A stretch of 64,000 bases of DNA from IMG/VR virus record IMGVR_UViG_3300044642_000188; one strand, written 5' to 3'. This stretch comes from a virus. Lineage: Duplodnaviria; Heunggongvirae; Uroviricota; Caudoviricetes. Position 1 is the stretch's first letter. Every line of letters begins with the position of its first letter. The notes under the pieces are model-generated. The model ran no database searches. It worked only from the letters and a program-made list of their open reading frames with translations, and was not told the origin of the DNA. The position numbers were made by a program, and so were the translations under genes. Of the stretch, positions 46,270 through 55,720 are shown in pieces.

Positions 46270-48222
46270 ATGAACATACTGATTTATGACATAGAGACTA
46301 TGCAGGAGCTGTTTCTAATAGGAATATACAATCCTGATACACAACAGTGGTATGAATTCCAGGTGAGTAGAAATATTAACCAATTAGATGCATTTCACAG
46401 GTTTACAGAGGAGCACGCTGATTACTATTGGGTTGGGTATAACAATCTACGCTTCGATAGTCAGATAGTTGAATGGGTGTTACGTAATCATGGTGATTGG
46501 TATGATCTAAGTGCATTAGAAGTGTGTGCAAAGATAGCACAGAAAGCTGCTGATGTAATACACGATGCTAACTATGATGTATTTCCTGAGTATAGAGAAG
46601 AATGGCTCACCCTCAAACAGATAGACCTATTCAGAGTGAATCACTATGATAATAAGAACAGACGTGTATCACTAAAAAGGTTAGAGTTTGAGATGGATCT
46701 TCCAAACATTGAAGAGATGCCTATTCATCATACTAAAACTGATATGACTGATGAGGAGATACAGCTCACTGTTGACTATTGTCGTAATGATATATATGCT
46801 ACGTATGAATTCTATTTGGTAACCATTGGTCAAACAGACCATCCTTTATACAAGGGTAATAATCAAATAGAGCTCAGACAGGATATATACAACGAGTTTG
46901 ATATTCCTTGCTTAAACTATTCTGACAGTAAGATAGGTGATGAGATGATTAAGAAGTATTACTGTCAAGAGAAGAACATATCCTATGGTGATTTACCAAA
47001 GAAGGGATATTTTAGAAAGCAAGTGAGAGCCAAAGATTGTATTGCTCACTATGTGGATTTCCAGACACCAGAGCTACAAGCATTCTTAAAACATGTAAAG
47101 AAGCAGATATTCACACTCACTGATGATTTTAAAGAGTCATTGGTATTTATGGATAACACTTACACATTTGCCAAGGGTGGGCTACATACAGAGAATAAAC
47201 CTAAAATATTTGAAGCTGATGAAGAAAATATTATCGTCGATTGGGATGTTAGCAGTTATTATCCTGCTATTATTATTAATAATAATCGCTTCCCTCAACA
47301 TCTTGGTGCTGAATTTCTTAGGGGCTATAAGCAGATGTTTAATAAAAGACTCGAACTTAAGCCCTTGGCTAAGAAGGATAGAAAGATAAAAGGTATTGTT
47401 GGTGCATTAAAGCTTGCAGTTAACTCTGTATATGGTAAGAGTTCTGATATGCAGTCGTGGATATATGATAGACAACTAACTATGTTCACCACTATTACAG
47501 GTGAGTTGAGCTTGCTTATGCTTATTGAGGCATATGAATTAGCTGGCATACGTGTAATATCTGCAAATACAGATGGAGTGACAATACTTGTAAAAAATGC
47601 AAGTTTTGATACTATGACTGCTATTAACAAGTGGTGGATGGATGTAACACAATATGAGCTCGAACGCACTGATTATCAGAAGATTATATTCTCAACAGTA
47701 AATGACTATTTAGCAATTAAAACCGATGGAGAAATTAAAAAGAAGGGTGACTTCCTCACTGATTTTGAGTTACACAAGAATAAGTCAGCTAGGATTGTAC
47801 CTATTGCTCTCGAGCGTTATTTTGTTAATGATGTCCCTGTGGCTGATACCATTCATAATCATACAAACATATATGATTTTTGTCTCAGGCAGAAAGCGAG
47901 CAAGGACTTCCATTATGAAGGAATAGCCAATGGTAAGAAAACAGTGTACAATAAGCTAATCAGGTATTATGTGTCTAATAAGGGTGAGAAGCTGTTAAAG
48001 GTTAAGAACCCTGAATGTCAATCTAATGCTCCTGATGTAGCACAAGTGGAAGCAGGTGATTGGGTAATGCATGTATGTAATTATCTACCACCAGATCATC
48101 CTCTTGATAACATCAATTATGCTTATTACATAGAACGTGCTGAACGTATTATCAGCAAAATACAGTTAGAAGGTAAAAAGAGAAAGGTGACAATCAATCC
48201 TAATCAATTAAGTTTATTCTAA
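46270..48222 (+). CDS. Family-B DNA polymerase (650 aa) with an intact 3'-5' exonuclease.
   Basis: Exo I YDIET, Exo II GYNNLRFD, Exo III YCRND. Polymerase motif A DWDVSSYYPAII, motif B KLAVNSVYGK, motif C SANTDGV (YGDTDS-like). Confidence 0.8.
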   Translation: MNILIYDIETMQELFLIGIYNPDTQQWYEFQVSRNINQLDAFHRFTEEHADYYWVGYNNLRFDSQIVEWVLRNHGDWYDLSALEVCAKIAQKAADVIHDANYDVFPEYREEWLTLKQIDLFRVNHYDNKNRRVSLKRLEFEMDLPNIEEMPIHHTKTDMTDEEIQLTVDYCRNDIYATYEFYLVTIGQTDHPLYKGNNQIELRQDIYNEFDIPCLNYSDSKIGDEMIKKYYCQEKNISYGDLPKKGYFRKQVRAKDCIAHYVDFQTPELQAFLKHVKKQIFTLTDDFKESLVFMDNTYTFAKGGLHTENKPKIFEADEENIIVDWDVSSYYPAIIINNNRFPQHLGAEFLRGYKQMFNKRLELKPLAKKDRKIKGIVGALKLAVNSVYGKSSDMQSWIYDRQLTMFTTITGELSLLMLIEAYELAGIRVISANTDGVTILVKNASFDTMTAINKWWMDVTQYELERTDYQKIIFSTVNDYLAIKTDGEIKKKGDFLTDFELHKNKSARIVPIALERYFVNDVPVADTIHNHTNIYDFCLRQKASKDFHYEGIANGKKTVYNKLIRYYVSNKGEKLLKVKNPECQSNAPDVAQVEAGDWVMHVCNYLPPDHPLDNINYAYYIERAERIISKIQLEGKKRKVTINPNQLSLF

Positions 48223-48394
48223 TGGGAAAATCACAATTTAAAATAGCAGCAGATCTAGTAGTAGAAGACTGCAAAGAGAATGGATATACATATCCTTCAG
48301 CATCAAATTACTATTGTGCTTATGTAAAATTCTTTATAGAGATTAATAGTAATTTTGATATAGACAAATTCGATGATTACATAATAAAGAGAAT

Positions 48395-48652
48395 ATGATA
48401 CAAGCACAATCACTCGAAGGCAGACAATTTTATATTGATGCATGGGGAATGACCATGACCAGCAGAAGAGCATATGAACCAGAACTAAAACAAGTGGTAG
48501 AAGACAATGGTCCTACATGCATTATTGCTGAGGTTAAAGGTGGTAAACCTGTGGAACATTCTAGACAAGAATGGTCTAGGGAATCAATAGAGAACCAATT
48601 AAAGAGTTTTCCTGCATATAGACATATTAACGGATATCAATTAACATTATAA
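48395..48652 (+). CDS. Hypothetical (85 aa).
   Basis: ORF. Confidence 0.4.
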   Translation: MIQAQSLEGRQFYIDAWGMTMTSRRAYEPELKQVVEDNGPTCIIAEVKGGKPVEHSRQEWSRESIENQLKSFPAYRHINGYQLTL

Positions 48653-48906
48653 TGGCAAAGATTAACAGAGAAAATATTTCAGAGCACTTGCTTGATTATC
48701 AATTAGATATGATTGGTAAATCAATACAAGAGGCTCATATGACAAGAGAATGGTACAATAAATGGACCTTGACACAAGAGCAACACGATCAGTTCAAAAC
48801 TTATGCATTACCACTATTAAAGAAGGTGTTTAAATGCAGTAAGTCAAAAGCTGAAAGCATATTTGACTTTTTTGATTTACAATTTGGATTACGTATAAAG
48901 GGATAG
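48652..48906 (+). CDS. Hypothetical (84 aa).
   Basis: ORF with an overlapping junction. Confidence 0.4.
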   Translation: MAKINRENISEHLLDYQLDMIGKSIQEAHMTREWYNKWTLTQEQHDQFKTYALPLLKKVFKCSKSKAESIFDFFDLQFGLRIKG

Positions 48907-49042
48907 TTATGTCTGAACAAAAATATATAATAAGACCTGTACATTTAAAACAACCGTATTCCCTTAATAATAGAACAGTTAACTGGTGGATATTCACTAT
49001 GATTCCTAAGAAAAAGAAACACAGTGGTCCATTTTATTCTAA

Positions 49043-49642
49043 ATGGGATGCACAACAAGAATTATATCAAATTTTAAACAGATAATTATGGGAGCAAGTT
49101 GGTTTCAACAAACGGGATATGGTAAAACATTAGACGATGCATACAAGAGTGCTTGTGAAGAAGCAGAAGTTGAGTATGGACATCAAGAAGGATATAATGG
49201 TACAATCAGCACTACACATAGTGTTAGAGACATTACAGAGGAGTATAAGAGAAGTAAACTAGACTTAGAACCATTTGTACGTTCTAAGGTGGAAATATTA
49301 AACAAAAGAGACTGTTGTTCGATTTGCTTACAAGAGCCTGTTGGAAATAAGAACAAAACCAAATCTCAGGTGGAGCACCTTGTTACACCAGGTACAAAGA
49401 AATGGGTGCTTAAATATGTAGTGTACGATTCACATAATGATAGAATGATAGCTTCTTGTAATACAAAAGGTGAAGCTGTTACTAAAGCTAGAGCTTATAC
49501 AGAGAAAACTACAACTCCTACAAATATATGTATGGAGAAGAGCCTTGAGAAAGGTAATAGAACAGTAGCTAAGATTACATACAAGAAAGCACCAACAGAA
49601 AGACCAGGTAAATGGATGTTCTTTGGTTGGGCTGCTGAATAA
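49043..49642 (+). CDS. Hypothetical (199 aa).
   Basis: ORF. Confidence 0.45.
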   Translation: MGCTTRIISNFKQIIMGASWFQQTGYGKTLDDAYKSACEEAEVEYGHQEGYNGTISTTHSVRDITEEYKRSKLDLEPFVRSKVEILNKRDCCSICLQEPVGNKNKTKSQVEHLVTPGTKKWVLKYVVYDSHNDRMIASCNTKGEAVTKARAYTEKTTTPTNICMEKSLEKGNRTVAKITYKKAPTERPGKWMFFGWAAE

Positions 49643-50012
49643 AACAATAAATATGAAAAAAGAATTTCTACCGTATCAAGAAGCGTTAGAACTTAAAGAA
49701 CTAGGCTTTAATGAGAAGTGTGCTGCACATTATTTAGATGAAGATGATTTAGAGTTAAAATGGCTCATATATAGAAATCTTTCTATTGATACTAATAAGT
49801 GTATACAAGCACCTTTATTTCAACAAGCATTTAGATTTTTCAGAGAGAAGTATGAACTAACTAGTTGGGTATATAATAGCGATAAAGATAATTATTTTTA
49901 TAGTATATTGCAAAATGGTAGAATCATAAAAGCCCATAAAGATTTTATTGCTTATGAAGATGCAGAACTTGCTTGTCTTAAAAACCTAATTGAAATGGTC
50001 AAAAACAAATAA
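49623..50012 (+). CDS. Hypothetical (129 aa). The true start is probably the internal ATG near 49653.
   Basis: ORF. Confidence 0.4.
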   Translation: MVGLLNKTINMKKEFLPYQEALELKELGFNEKCAAHYLDEDDLELKWLIYRNLSIDTNKCIQAPLFQQAFRFFREKYELTSWVYNSDKDNYFYSILQNGRIIKAHKDFIAYEDAELACLKNLIEMVKNK

Positions 50013-50128
50013 CCTATGGCAACATCAACATGCTGTGGAGCAGAAACCACAATGCCTGAAATAGGTATATGCCCAGATTGCTTAGAACATTGTGACTGGG
50101 AAGAAGAATCATATAAAACCAATTAATC

Positions 50129-50359
50129 ATGTCAGATATATCAGCATGCAATGGTGGTAGTTGTCCATTAAGACTACACTGCCACAGATACACTTGCCCT
50201 AAAGAAGAATTAGGACAATCTTATTTTCAAGACCCTCCATATGAAATGAGCATGATAACAAGTGAGCTATTTAACTCAGTTGGTGTTATGACATTCACAT
50301 GCCCTTTCTTTTGGAACAATAAAGACTTTAAAGATGAAAGACCAAAGCTTGAAAATTAA
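50129..50359 (+). CDS. Small Cys-rich protein (76 aa).
   Basis: CNGGSCPLRLHCHRYTCP cluster. Confidence 0.4.
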   Translation: MSDISACNGGSCPLRLHCHRYTCPKEELGQSYFQDPPYEMSMITSELFNSVGVMTFTCPFFWNNKDFKDERPKLEN

Positions 50360-50540
50360 CGAAGATTTCGAGAGGGAATTTCTTAAAGATTTAGTATATT
50401 TGCAAGAAGAGAGCTATGAGCTTGATAAACAAATCCAGAAGGAGTTAAACAAGTTTAGAGAGCCAGCAGCTATATTTATTGTGGATACAGATAAAATCTT
50501 AGAGAGAGATGAAGTTAGACATAACGTACTTCCATTTTGA
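50334..50540 (+). CDS. Hypothetical (68 aa).
   Basis: ORF. Confidence 0.35.
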   Translation: MKDQSLKINEDFEREFLKDLVYLQEESYELDKQIQKELNKFREPAAIFIVDTDKILERDEVRHNVLPF

Positions 50541-51132
50541 GGAACTACTCAAAAAAGGATACAACCTAGATGTTGTATTCCTATTAAAGCTTATAGAGGA
50601 GAATTATGATGTTCGTGCATTGAGAGATGATAACATTAAGATAGAAGCTCTTTATCAGACGTTAGTTAGAAAAGGATTAATAACAGAAAAGGGACTAACG
50701 CTCACAGGTAAAGAGCTTCTAAAATTTATTAACATCAAAGAACCAACTGTTAGGATACAGAAGAAGGTAGACATCACATCAGAGTTTGAAGAGTGGTGGA
50801 AAGCTTTTCCAGGTACAGATTCATTTACACACAAAGGGAAGAAGTTCTCAGGTGGTAGAACATTGAAGAGAACCAAAGAAGACTGTCAGTTGAAATTTGA
50901 TAAGATATTAGAGGAAGGAGAATATACAGCAAAAGACCTAATAGATTCATTGAATCTAGATGTGTTACAAAAAAAAGAGAATTCTGTAAAGACAGGGACT
51001 AACAGGCTAACATACATGCAAAATAGTCTCACTTATTTAAACCAGCGTTCTTTTGAACCCTTTATAGACCTATTAAAAGAAAACTATAATGTGGAAGATA
51101 AAGCACCTACAAATGGAGGTACAGATATATGA
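50509..51132 (+). CDS. Hypothetical (207 aa).
   Basis: ORF. Confidence 0.45.
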   Translation: MKLDITYFHFEELLKKGYNLDVVFLLKLIEENYDVRALRDDNIKIEALYQTLVRKGLITEKGLTLTGKELLKFINIKEPTVRIQKKVDITSEFEEWWKAFPGTDSFTHKGKKFSGGRTLKRTKEDCQLKFDKILEEGEYTAKDLIDSLNLDVLQKKENSVKTGTNRLTYMQNSLTYLNQRSFEPFIDLLKENYNVEDKAPTNGGTDI

Positions 51133-51314
51133 AAAATGAAATTTTGGTATGTAAAGAATGTGGATCAGCAGATTCTATTCAAATAAAAGTTTGGCAGTAT
51201 GTAAACTCTGGTGAGTTTGCAGCTGACTGTATAGAGGACAGAAATAATGCATGGTGTGAAGATTGCGAAGAGCATGTTGATTTCATAACGCAAGAAGAAT
51301 ATGAAAAAAAGTAA
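51129..51314 (+). CDS. Zinc-ribbon protein (61 aa).
   Basis: CKECG...(x19)...CEDCEEH spacing. Confidence 0.4.
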   Translation: MKNEILVCKECGSADSIQIKVWQYVNSGEFAADCIEDRNNAWCEDCEEHVDFITQEEYEKK

Positions 51315-51317
51315 TCT

Positions 51318-52382
51318 ATGAGTTTTGAAGACTTAAAAAAACAGGTACAGGCAGGCTTAGAGGGTAGGAATGGTGGTATACCTATGGGTTTTGATAGACT
51401 TAATAGATATATTGGTATTAGAAAGTCCATATATACACTTATAGGTGGTCTCACTGGTTCTGGTAAGACTAGCTTTATTGATGATGCATACGTGCTTAAT
51501 CCATTTGATTGGTATATAAGCAAAGAGAATAAAACAAACATCAAGCTAAGGATTATATACAGATCCATGGAGAGAAGCAGAACCTATAAGATGGCTAAAT
51601 GGGTAGGTAGAAGAATATTCATCGATCATGGTGTAACTATCACAGTTAATAAACTGTTGGGCTGGAATGATAGAATGACCAAGGATGAACATGATCTATT
51701 TCTAATGTATGAAGACTATATAGGAGAGATGAGCGAAGTGATTACAATCATTGATGGTCCAGAGAATGCTGTTGGTATTGCCAAAGAGTTAAAGGCACAT
51801 GCTTTACAGAATGGAACTATTGAGCAGCTGGATGAATACAATAAGAAGTATGTCCCTACAAATGAGAATGAAATCACTATGGTTGTTATCGATCATATAG
51901 GCTTATTAAAAACTACACAAGCCCAGCCTACAAAGAAAGATGCTATTGATAAGATGAGTGATGAGCTCAGATATGCTAGAGACTTCTATGGATATAGTCC
52001 TGTTGTTGTTAGTCAGTTCAATAGGAGCATTTCTAACATGGCAAGATTAAAGAGTGGTGATGTAGAACCACAACTAGAAGACTTTGCAGAGAGTTCAAGC
52101 ACGCAGAATGATGCTGATGTTGTACTAGGATTGTTTGACCCAATGAGATATAAAGTGGCTGATCCATCAGGCTATGAATTAGATAAACTAAAAGATGGAT
52201 ATGGTGCCAAGTATTTTAGATCTCTCAGGCTAATTAAGAATAGCTATGGTGAAGATGATGTTAGAATAGGCTTAGGCTTCTTAGGGAGCATTGGTATGTT
52301 CAAGGAACTGCCTAGAGTGAAAGACATTACAGAAGCGGATTACACAGCAGTGGTGAATAAATCATTTTTCCTAAACAAATAA
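51318..52382 (+). CDS. DnaB-family replicative helicase, RecA-fold C-terminal domain type (354 aa).
   Basis: GIPMGFDRLNRYIG..IYTLIGGLTGSGKTSF matches the DnaB H1 and Walker A region. Walker B is VVIDHIGLL. The arginine-finger region is VVVSQFNRS (LSQLNR-like). Confidence 0.7.
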   Translation: MSFEDLKKQVQAGLEGRNGGIPMGFDRLNRYIGIRKSIYTLIGGLTGSGKTSFIDDAYVLNPFDWYISKENKTNIKLRIIYRSMERSRTYKMAKWVGRRIFIDHGVTITVNKLLGWNDRMTKDEHDLFLMYEDYIGEMSEVITIIDGPENAVGIAKELKAHALQNGTIEQLDEYNKKYVPTNENEITMVVIDHIGLLKTTQAQPTKKDAIDKMSDELRYARDFYGYSPVVVSQFNRSISNMARLKSGDVEPQLEDFAESSSTQNDADVVLGLFDPMRYKVADPSGYELDKLKDGYGAKYFRSLRLIKNSYGEDDVRIGLGFLGSIGMFKELPRVKDITEADYTAVVNKSFFLNK

Positions 52383-52553
52383 ACATGAGTATAAAAACAA
52401 AAGTATATAACACGCTACCAAGTAAAAAAGATCATTGGTGGCAGATTGTAGTATTGCCTACAGTTAGTATTATGAACAACATACAAAAATATGATCCATA
52501 CCTGGCTGTCAATTTTGAATGGTTATTTTGGTCATTTACTACAATTATAAGCT

Positions 52554-53642
52554 ATGGCAAAAAAGGAAATCTCTTTACGAGATAAGAGGCAACAGGAGTT
52601 TGCTGAGGTGTTCCTAAAACATGGAGAGTTTGGTATTCTAAACTTATGTCCTAGATTTGGGAAGATCTATACAACTATCAACATATTAGAGAAACTAGAC
52701 AAAGATATCAACATCCTGATAGCCTATCCAGATCTTAAGATTAAGGAGGCTTGGGAAGCTGATTTCAAGACTAGAAAATACAAGAATCCCTATATAACGT
52801 ACACTACACACTTATCTATTAAAAAGCACACAGGAGGTGTATTTGACCTAGTAATACTAGATGAGATACATTTGCTGTCAGAAGCACAAATAGAGGCTGT
52901 AAAAGAGCTAAAATGCGTAAGTGTGCTTGGTCTTACAGGAACATTAGCTAGTAATACAGAAAGGACCCTCAATGAGGAGCTTGGACTGAATGTATTAGCT
53001 ACCTATCCAATAGAACAAGCTATTGCAGAAGGAGTTATTACAGACTATGAAATCACTGTAATAAAGGTTCCTTTAGATGATAAGCGTATTAACGATTATA
53101 AAGGGAAGAAGCGTACAGAGAAGAAACAATTTGATAGCTATGCCTGGGTGATTGATCAGCTAGAAAGACAAGGAAAAGCAACAATGTTCCTACGTCTAGC
53201 TAGAATGAGAATCATACAGAACAGTGTGGCTAAAATGGAGAAGACAAGAGAAATCTTAGCTAAACATAAGCAAGATAGAATCTTGGTATTTTGTGGTGTT
53301 ACTAAAATAGCTGACACACTTGGTATTCCTTCCTATCACAGTAAATCTACGGAGAAAGAAATCTTTACAGATTTTGCTGCAGGTAAGGGAAATCATTTGG
53401 CTGTTGTTAAGATAGGTAACACAGGTGTAACTTACAAACCACTTAACAAGGTGATTATCAATTACTTTGATAGTAATGCAGAAAACCTTGCTCAGAAGAT
53501 TAATAGATGTATGGCTATGGAATACAACACTCCAGATAAGAAAGCCCATATATACATCATATCTTCTAATGAGGAAGTGGAATTAAAATGGCTCAAGAAA
53601 GCTCTTGAGTTCTTTGACAAATCAAAAATTAAGTATCTATGA
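52554..53642 (+). CDS. SF2 helicase (362 aa), DEIH-box.
   Basis: Motif I CPRFGKIYT, motif II VILDEIH, motif III LTGTLAS. Confidence 0.55.
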   Translation: MAKKEISLRDKRQQEFAEVFLKHGEFGILNLCPRFGKIYTTINILEKLDKDINILIAYPDLKIKEAWEADFKTRKYKNPYITYTTHLSIKKHTGGVFDLVILDEIHLLSEAQIEAVKELKCVSVLGLTGTLASNTERTLNEELGLNVLATYPIEQAIAEGVITDYEITVIKVPLDDKRINDYKGKKRTEKKQFDSYAWVIDQLERQGKATMFLRLARMRIIQNSVAKMEKTREILAKHKQDRILVFCGVTKIADTLGIPSYHSKSTEKEIFTDFAAGKGNHLAVVKIGNTGVTYKPLNKVIINYFDSNAENLAQKINRCMAMEYNTPDKKAHIYIISSNEEVELKWLKKALEFFDKSKIKYL

Positions 53643-53851
53643 ATTTAGAATTATTAGAAGAAACCACTCCAGGAAGCGGTACAATGTATGTAGTTAGATT
53701 AGATGGTTCAGCAGTTAAATGGTTTGCTCACAAAGCTGATGGAGAGAAGTATTATGAAGAAATTGTTGCTAATCCAGATTTATTAAAACCTCAAAAAAAT
53801 ATTTTGAAATCTCAGGAAATTACCTTATCTTTGGAGCAAACAAATAACTAA
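53639..53851 (+). CDS. Hypothetical (70 aa).
   Basis: ORF. Confidence 0.35.
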   Translation: MNLELLEETTPGSGTMYVVRLDGSAVKWFAHKADGEKYYEEIVANPDLLKPQKNILKSQEITLSLEQTNN

Positions 53852-53857
53852 ATAAAT

Positions 53858-54118
53858 ATGACAAAAAAACAAAAGAAAGTACCTATTACAGATTATCTAG
53901 AAAAACACAAATATTCATTAATTGAATTTGTGGCAGTTTCATCAGTGATAAAAACAAATCTTAATCTTGATGAGTTAGTTATCATATTACAAAAAACACA
54001 TGAAGATGATTTAGAATCATTACAAGTGATTGATCAAACAACTGGACAAATTTATGTAGTAGAAAATGAAATCAAATTAGTACCTATAGAAAACATTGAA
54101 ACATGGCAAGCAAATTAA
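53858..54118 (+). CDS. Hypothetical (86 aa).
   Basis: ORF. Confidence 0.35.
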   Translation: MTKKQKKVPITDYLEKHKYSLIEFVAVSSVIKTNLNLDELVIILQKTHEDDLESLQVIDQTTGQIYVVENEIKLVPIENIETWQAN

Positions 54119-54774
54119 TTGGTATTGTTGGTCCAACTGGTACAGGTAAATCAACGTCTATCAAACACTTAGACCCCAAAGAAACGTACATCATCAATGT
54201 TGCTAAAAAGGAACTACCTTTCAAAGGAGCAGAGAAGTTGTATAATGCAGAAAACAAGAATTACAAAGAGGTAGATGATGCAATTGAAATCACTCGATTG
54301 CTCAAGACTATCTCTGAGAAAGCAACTCACATTAAAAACATCATCATTGAAGACTCTAATTACATTATGGGTTTCAATATGATAGCAAAAGCTACAGAAG
54401 TTGGTTATACCAAGTTCACTCTAATGGCTAGAGATATGGTAGAATTGTTTAGAGAAGCAAGAAGATTGCGTGATGATTTAAAAGTGTTCTATTTCACACA
54501 CCCTGAAACTATTGAAGATGGTGGTGAGATTGTAGGATACAAAATCAAAACTGCAGGTAAATTGATTGATAATCAGATTGTCCTTGAAGGTTTACTAACT
54601 GTGTGTCTATATACACATGTAGAAGATAACAAGGATGGTTCTACTAATTATCAGTTCTTAACAAATCGTTTTAGAAAATATCCAGCTAAGAGCCCAGATG
54701 GTATGTTTGCGGACGTTAAAATCCCAAACAACTTAAAGCTTGTAGCAGACACAATTGACGAATATTATAAATAA
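54103..54774 (+). CDS. P-loop ATPase (223 aa), possibly a Sak4-like (RecA-fold) recombination ATPase.
   Basis: N-terminal Walker A IGIVGPTGTGKST. The small size resembles phage Sak4 and AAA_24-type proteins. That family assignment is inference. Confidence 0.5.
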   Translation: MASKLIGIVGPTGTGKSTSIKHLDPKETYIINVAKKELPFKGAEKLYNAENKNYKEVDDAIEITRLLKTISEKATHIKNIIIEDSNYIMGFNMIAKATEVGYTKFTLMARDMVELFREARRLRDDLKVFYFTHPETIEDGGEIVGYKIKTAGKLIDNQIVLEGLLTVCLYTHVEDNKDGSTNYQFLTNRFRKYPAKSPDGMFADVKIPNNLKLVADTIDEYYK

Positions 54775-54793
54775 CAATTAAAACTAGAAAAAC

Positions 54794-55666
54794 ATGTCAG
54801 GAATCGGTGGAAACAAAAGACAGCAATCAAGTGGTGAATCTAACTTCTCAAAGAAGGTAGGTTTATTTGAAGCTAATGTGATTGCAATTAACCCAACAAT
54901 TGAAGAGTTCAAAGACAAATTAGGTATTGAACTTAAAGAAGACAGCAAAGCAGCTGATTACTTGGGAACAAGTCAAGATGGTAATAAAACACTACGTGTG
55001 GACATTTGGCTTGAAGAAGTTAAGAGTAAGGATAAGTTTAAGGCTGTATTCTTTCTTGAGAACAAAGAAAGAGAGAACAAAGATGGCAGCAAGAAACAAT
55101 ATATCAACTCTGTTGGTAGTTGTTCTTGGGCTGATGATGAAAACAATCTCCCTAAATGGTTTACAGAGCGTGAAGTTCGTGTAGCTTATGTAGGTGAAGA
55201 AGATCTTTATAATTTCATGCGTACATGGTTAGGTAATTTAGATTATCGTGATGCTGAAACCACTCTACAGCTAGACTGGACTAAGCTTATGAAGGGTAAT
55301 GTTAAAGACCTAAGAGACCAAATCAATGGTGAATGGTGTACAAGTGTTGTTGCTTTAGCTACAGTGAAGACTGTGGAGAAAGATGGTGACATTAAAGAAT
55401 ATCAGGGTGTATATAACAAAGGATTCTTACCTGCTTATACATTGAAGCAATTTAGACTAGTAGATTTCAGTAGCTCTACAATCCTTAAAGGATTACGTGA
55501 GAAGAAATCTAAAGACTTAAAGCCTCATGAGCGTTTTGTGTTAAACATTACAGGTGAGTATGGATGTAAAGAATTCTATACATTTAGAGACTTAGCAGAG
55601 TATAACGCAGATGATAATCTTGTAGCCTCTGATAAGGTGCTAGAAGAAGATGATAGCGACTTTTAA
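54794..55666 (+). CDS. Hypothetical (290 aa). Candidate single-strand-binding or annealing partner of the upstream ATPase, judged by position only.
   Basis: ORF followed by a strong terminator. Acidic C-terminal tail EEDDSDF as in SSB-like proteins. Confidence 0.35.
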   Translation: MSGIGGNKRQQSSGESNFSKKVGLFEANVIAINPTIEEFKDKLGIELKEDSKAADYLGTSQDGNKTLRVDIWLEEVKSKDKFKAVFFLENKERENKDGSKKQYINSVGSCSWADDENNLPKWFTEREVRVAYVGEEDLYNFMRTWLGNLDYRDAETTLQLDWTKLMKGNVKDLRDQINGEWCTSVVALATVKTVEKDGDIKEYQGVYNKGFLPAYTLKQFRLVDFSSSTILKGLREKKSKDLKPHERFVLNITGEYGCKEFYTFRDLAEYNADDNLVASDKVLEEDDSDF

Positions 55667-55690
55667 TTTTGTCCCCTCCCCCTATAAAAG

Positions 55691-55720
55691 CCCCTCATCT
55701 GTAAAAAGGTGGGGGGTTTT
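55691..55720 (+). terminator. Intrinsic terminator after the 290-aa gene.
   Basis: CCCCTCATC-TGTAAAAA-GGTGGGGGG followed by TTTT. An additional C-run lies upstream at 55672..55682. Confidence 0.55.
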
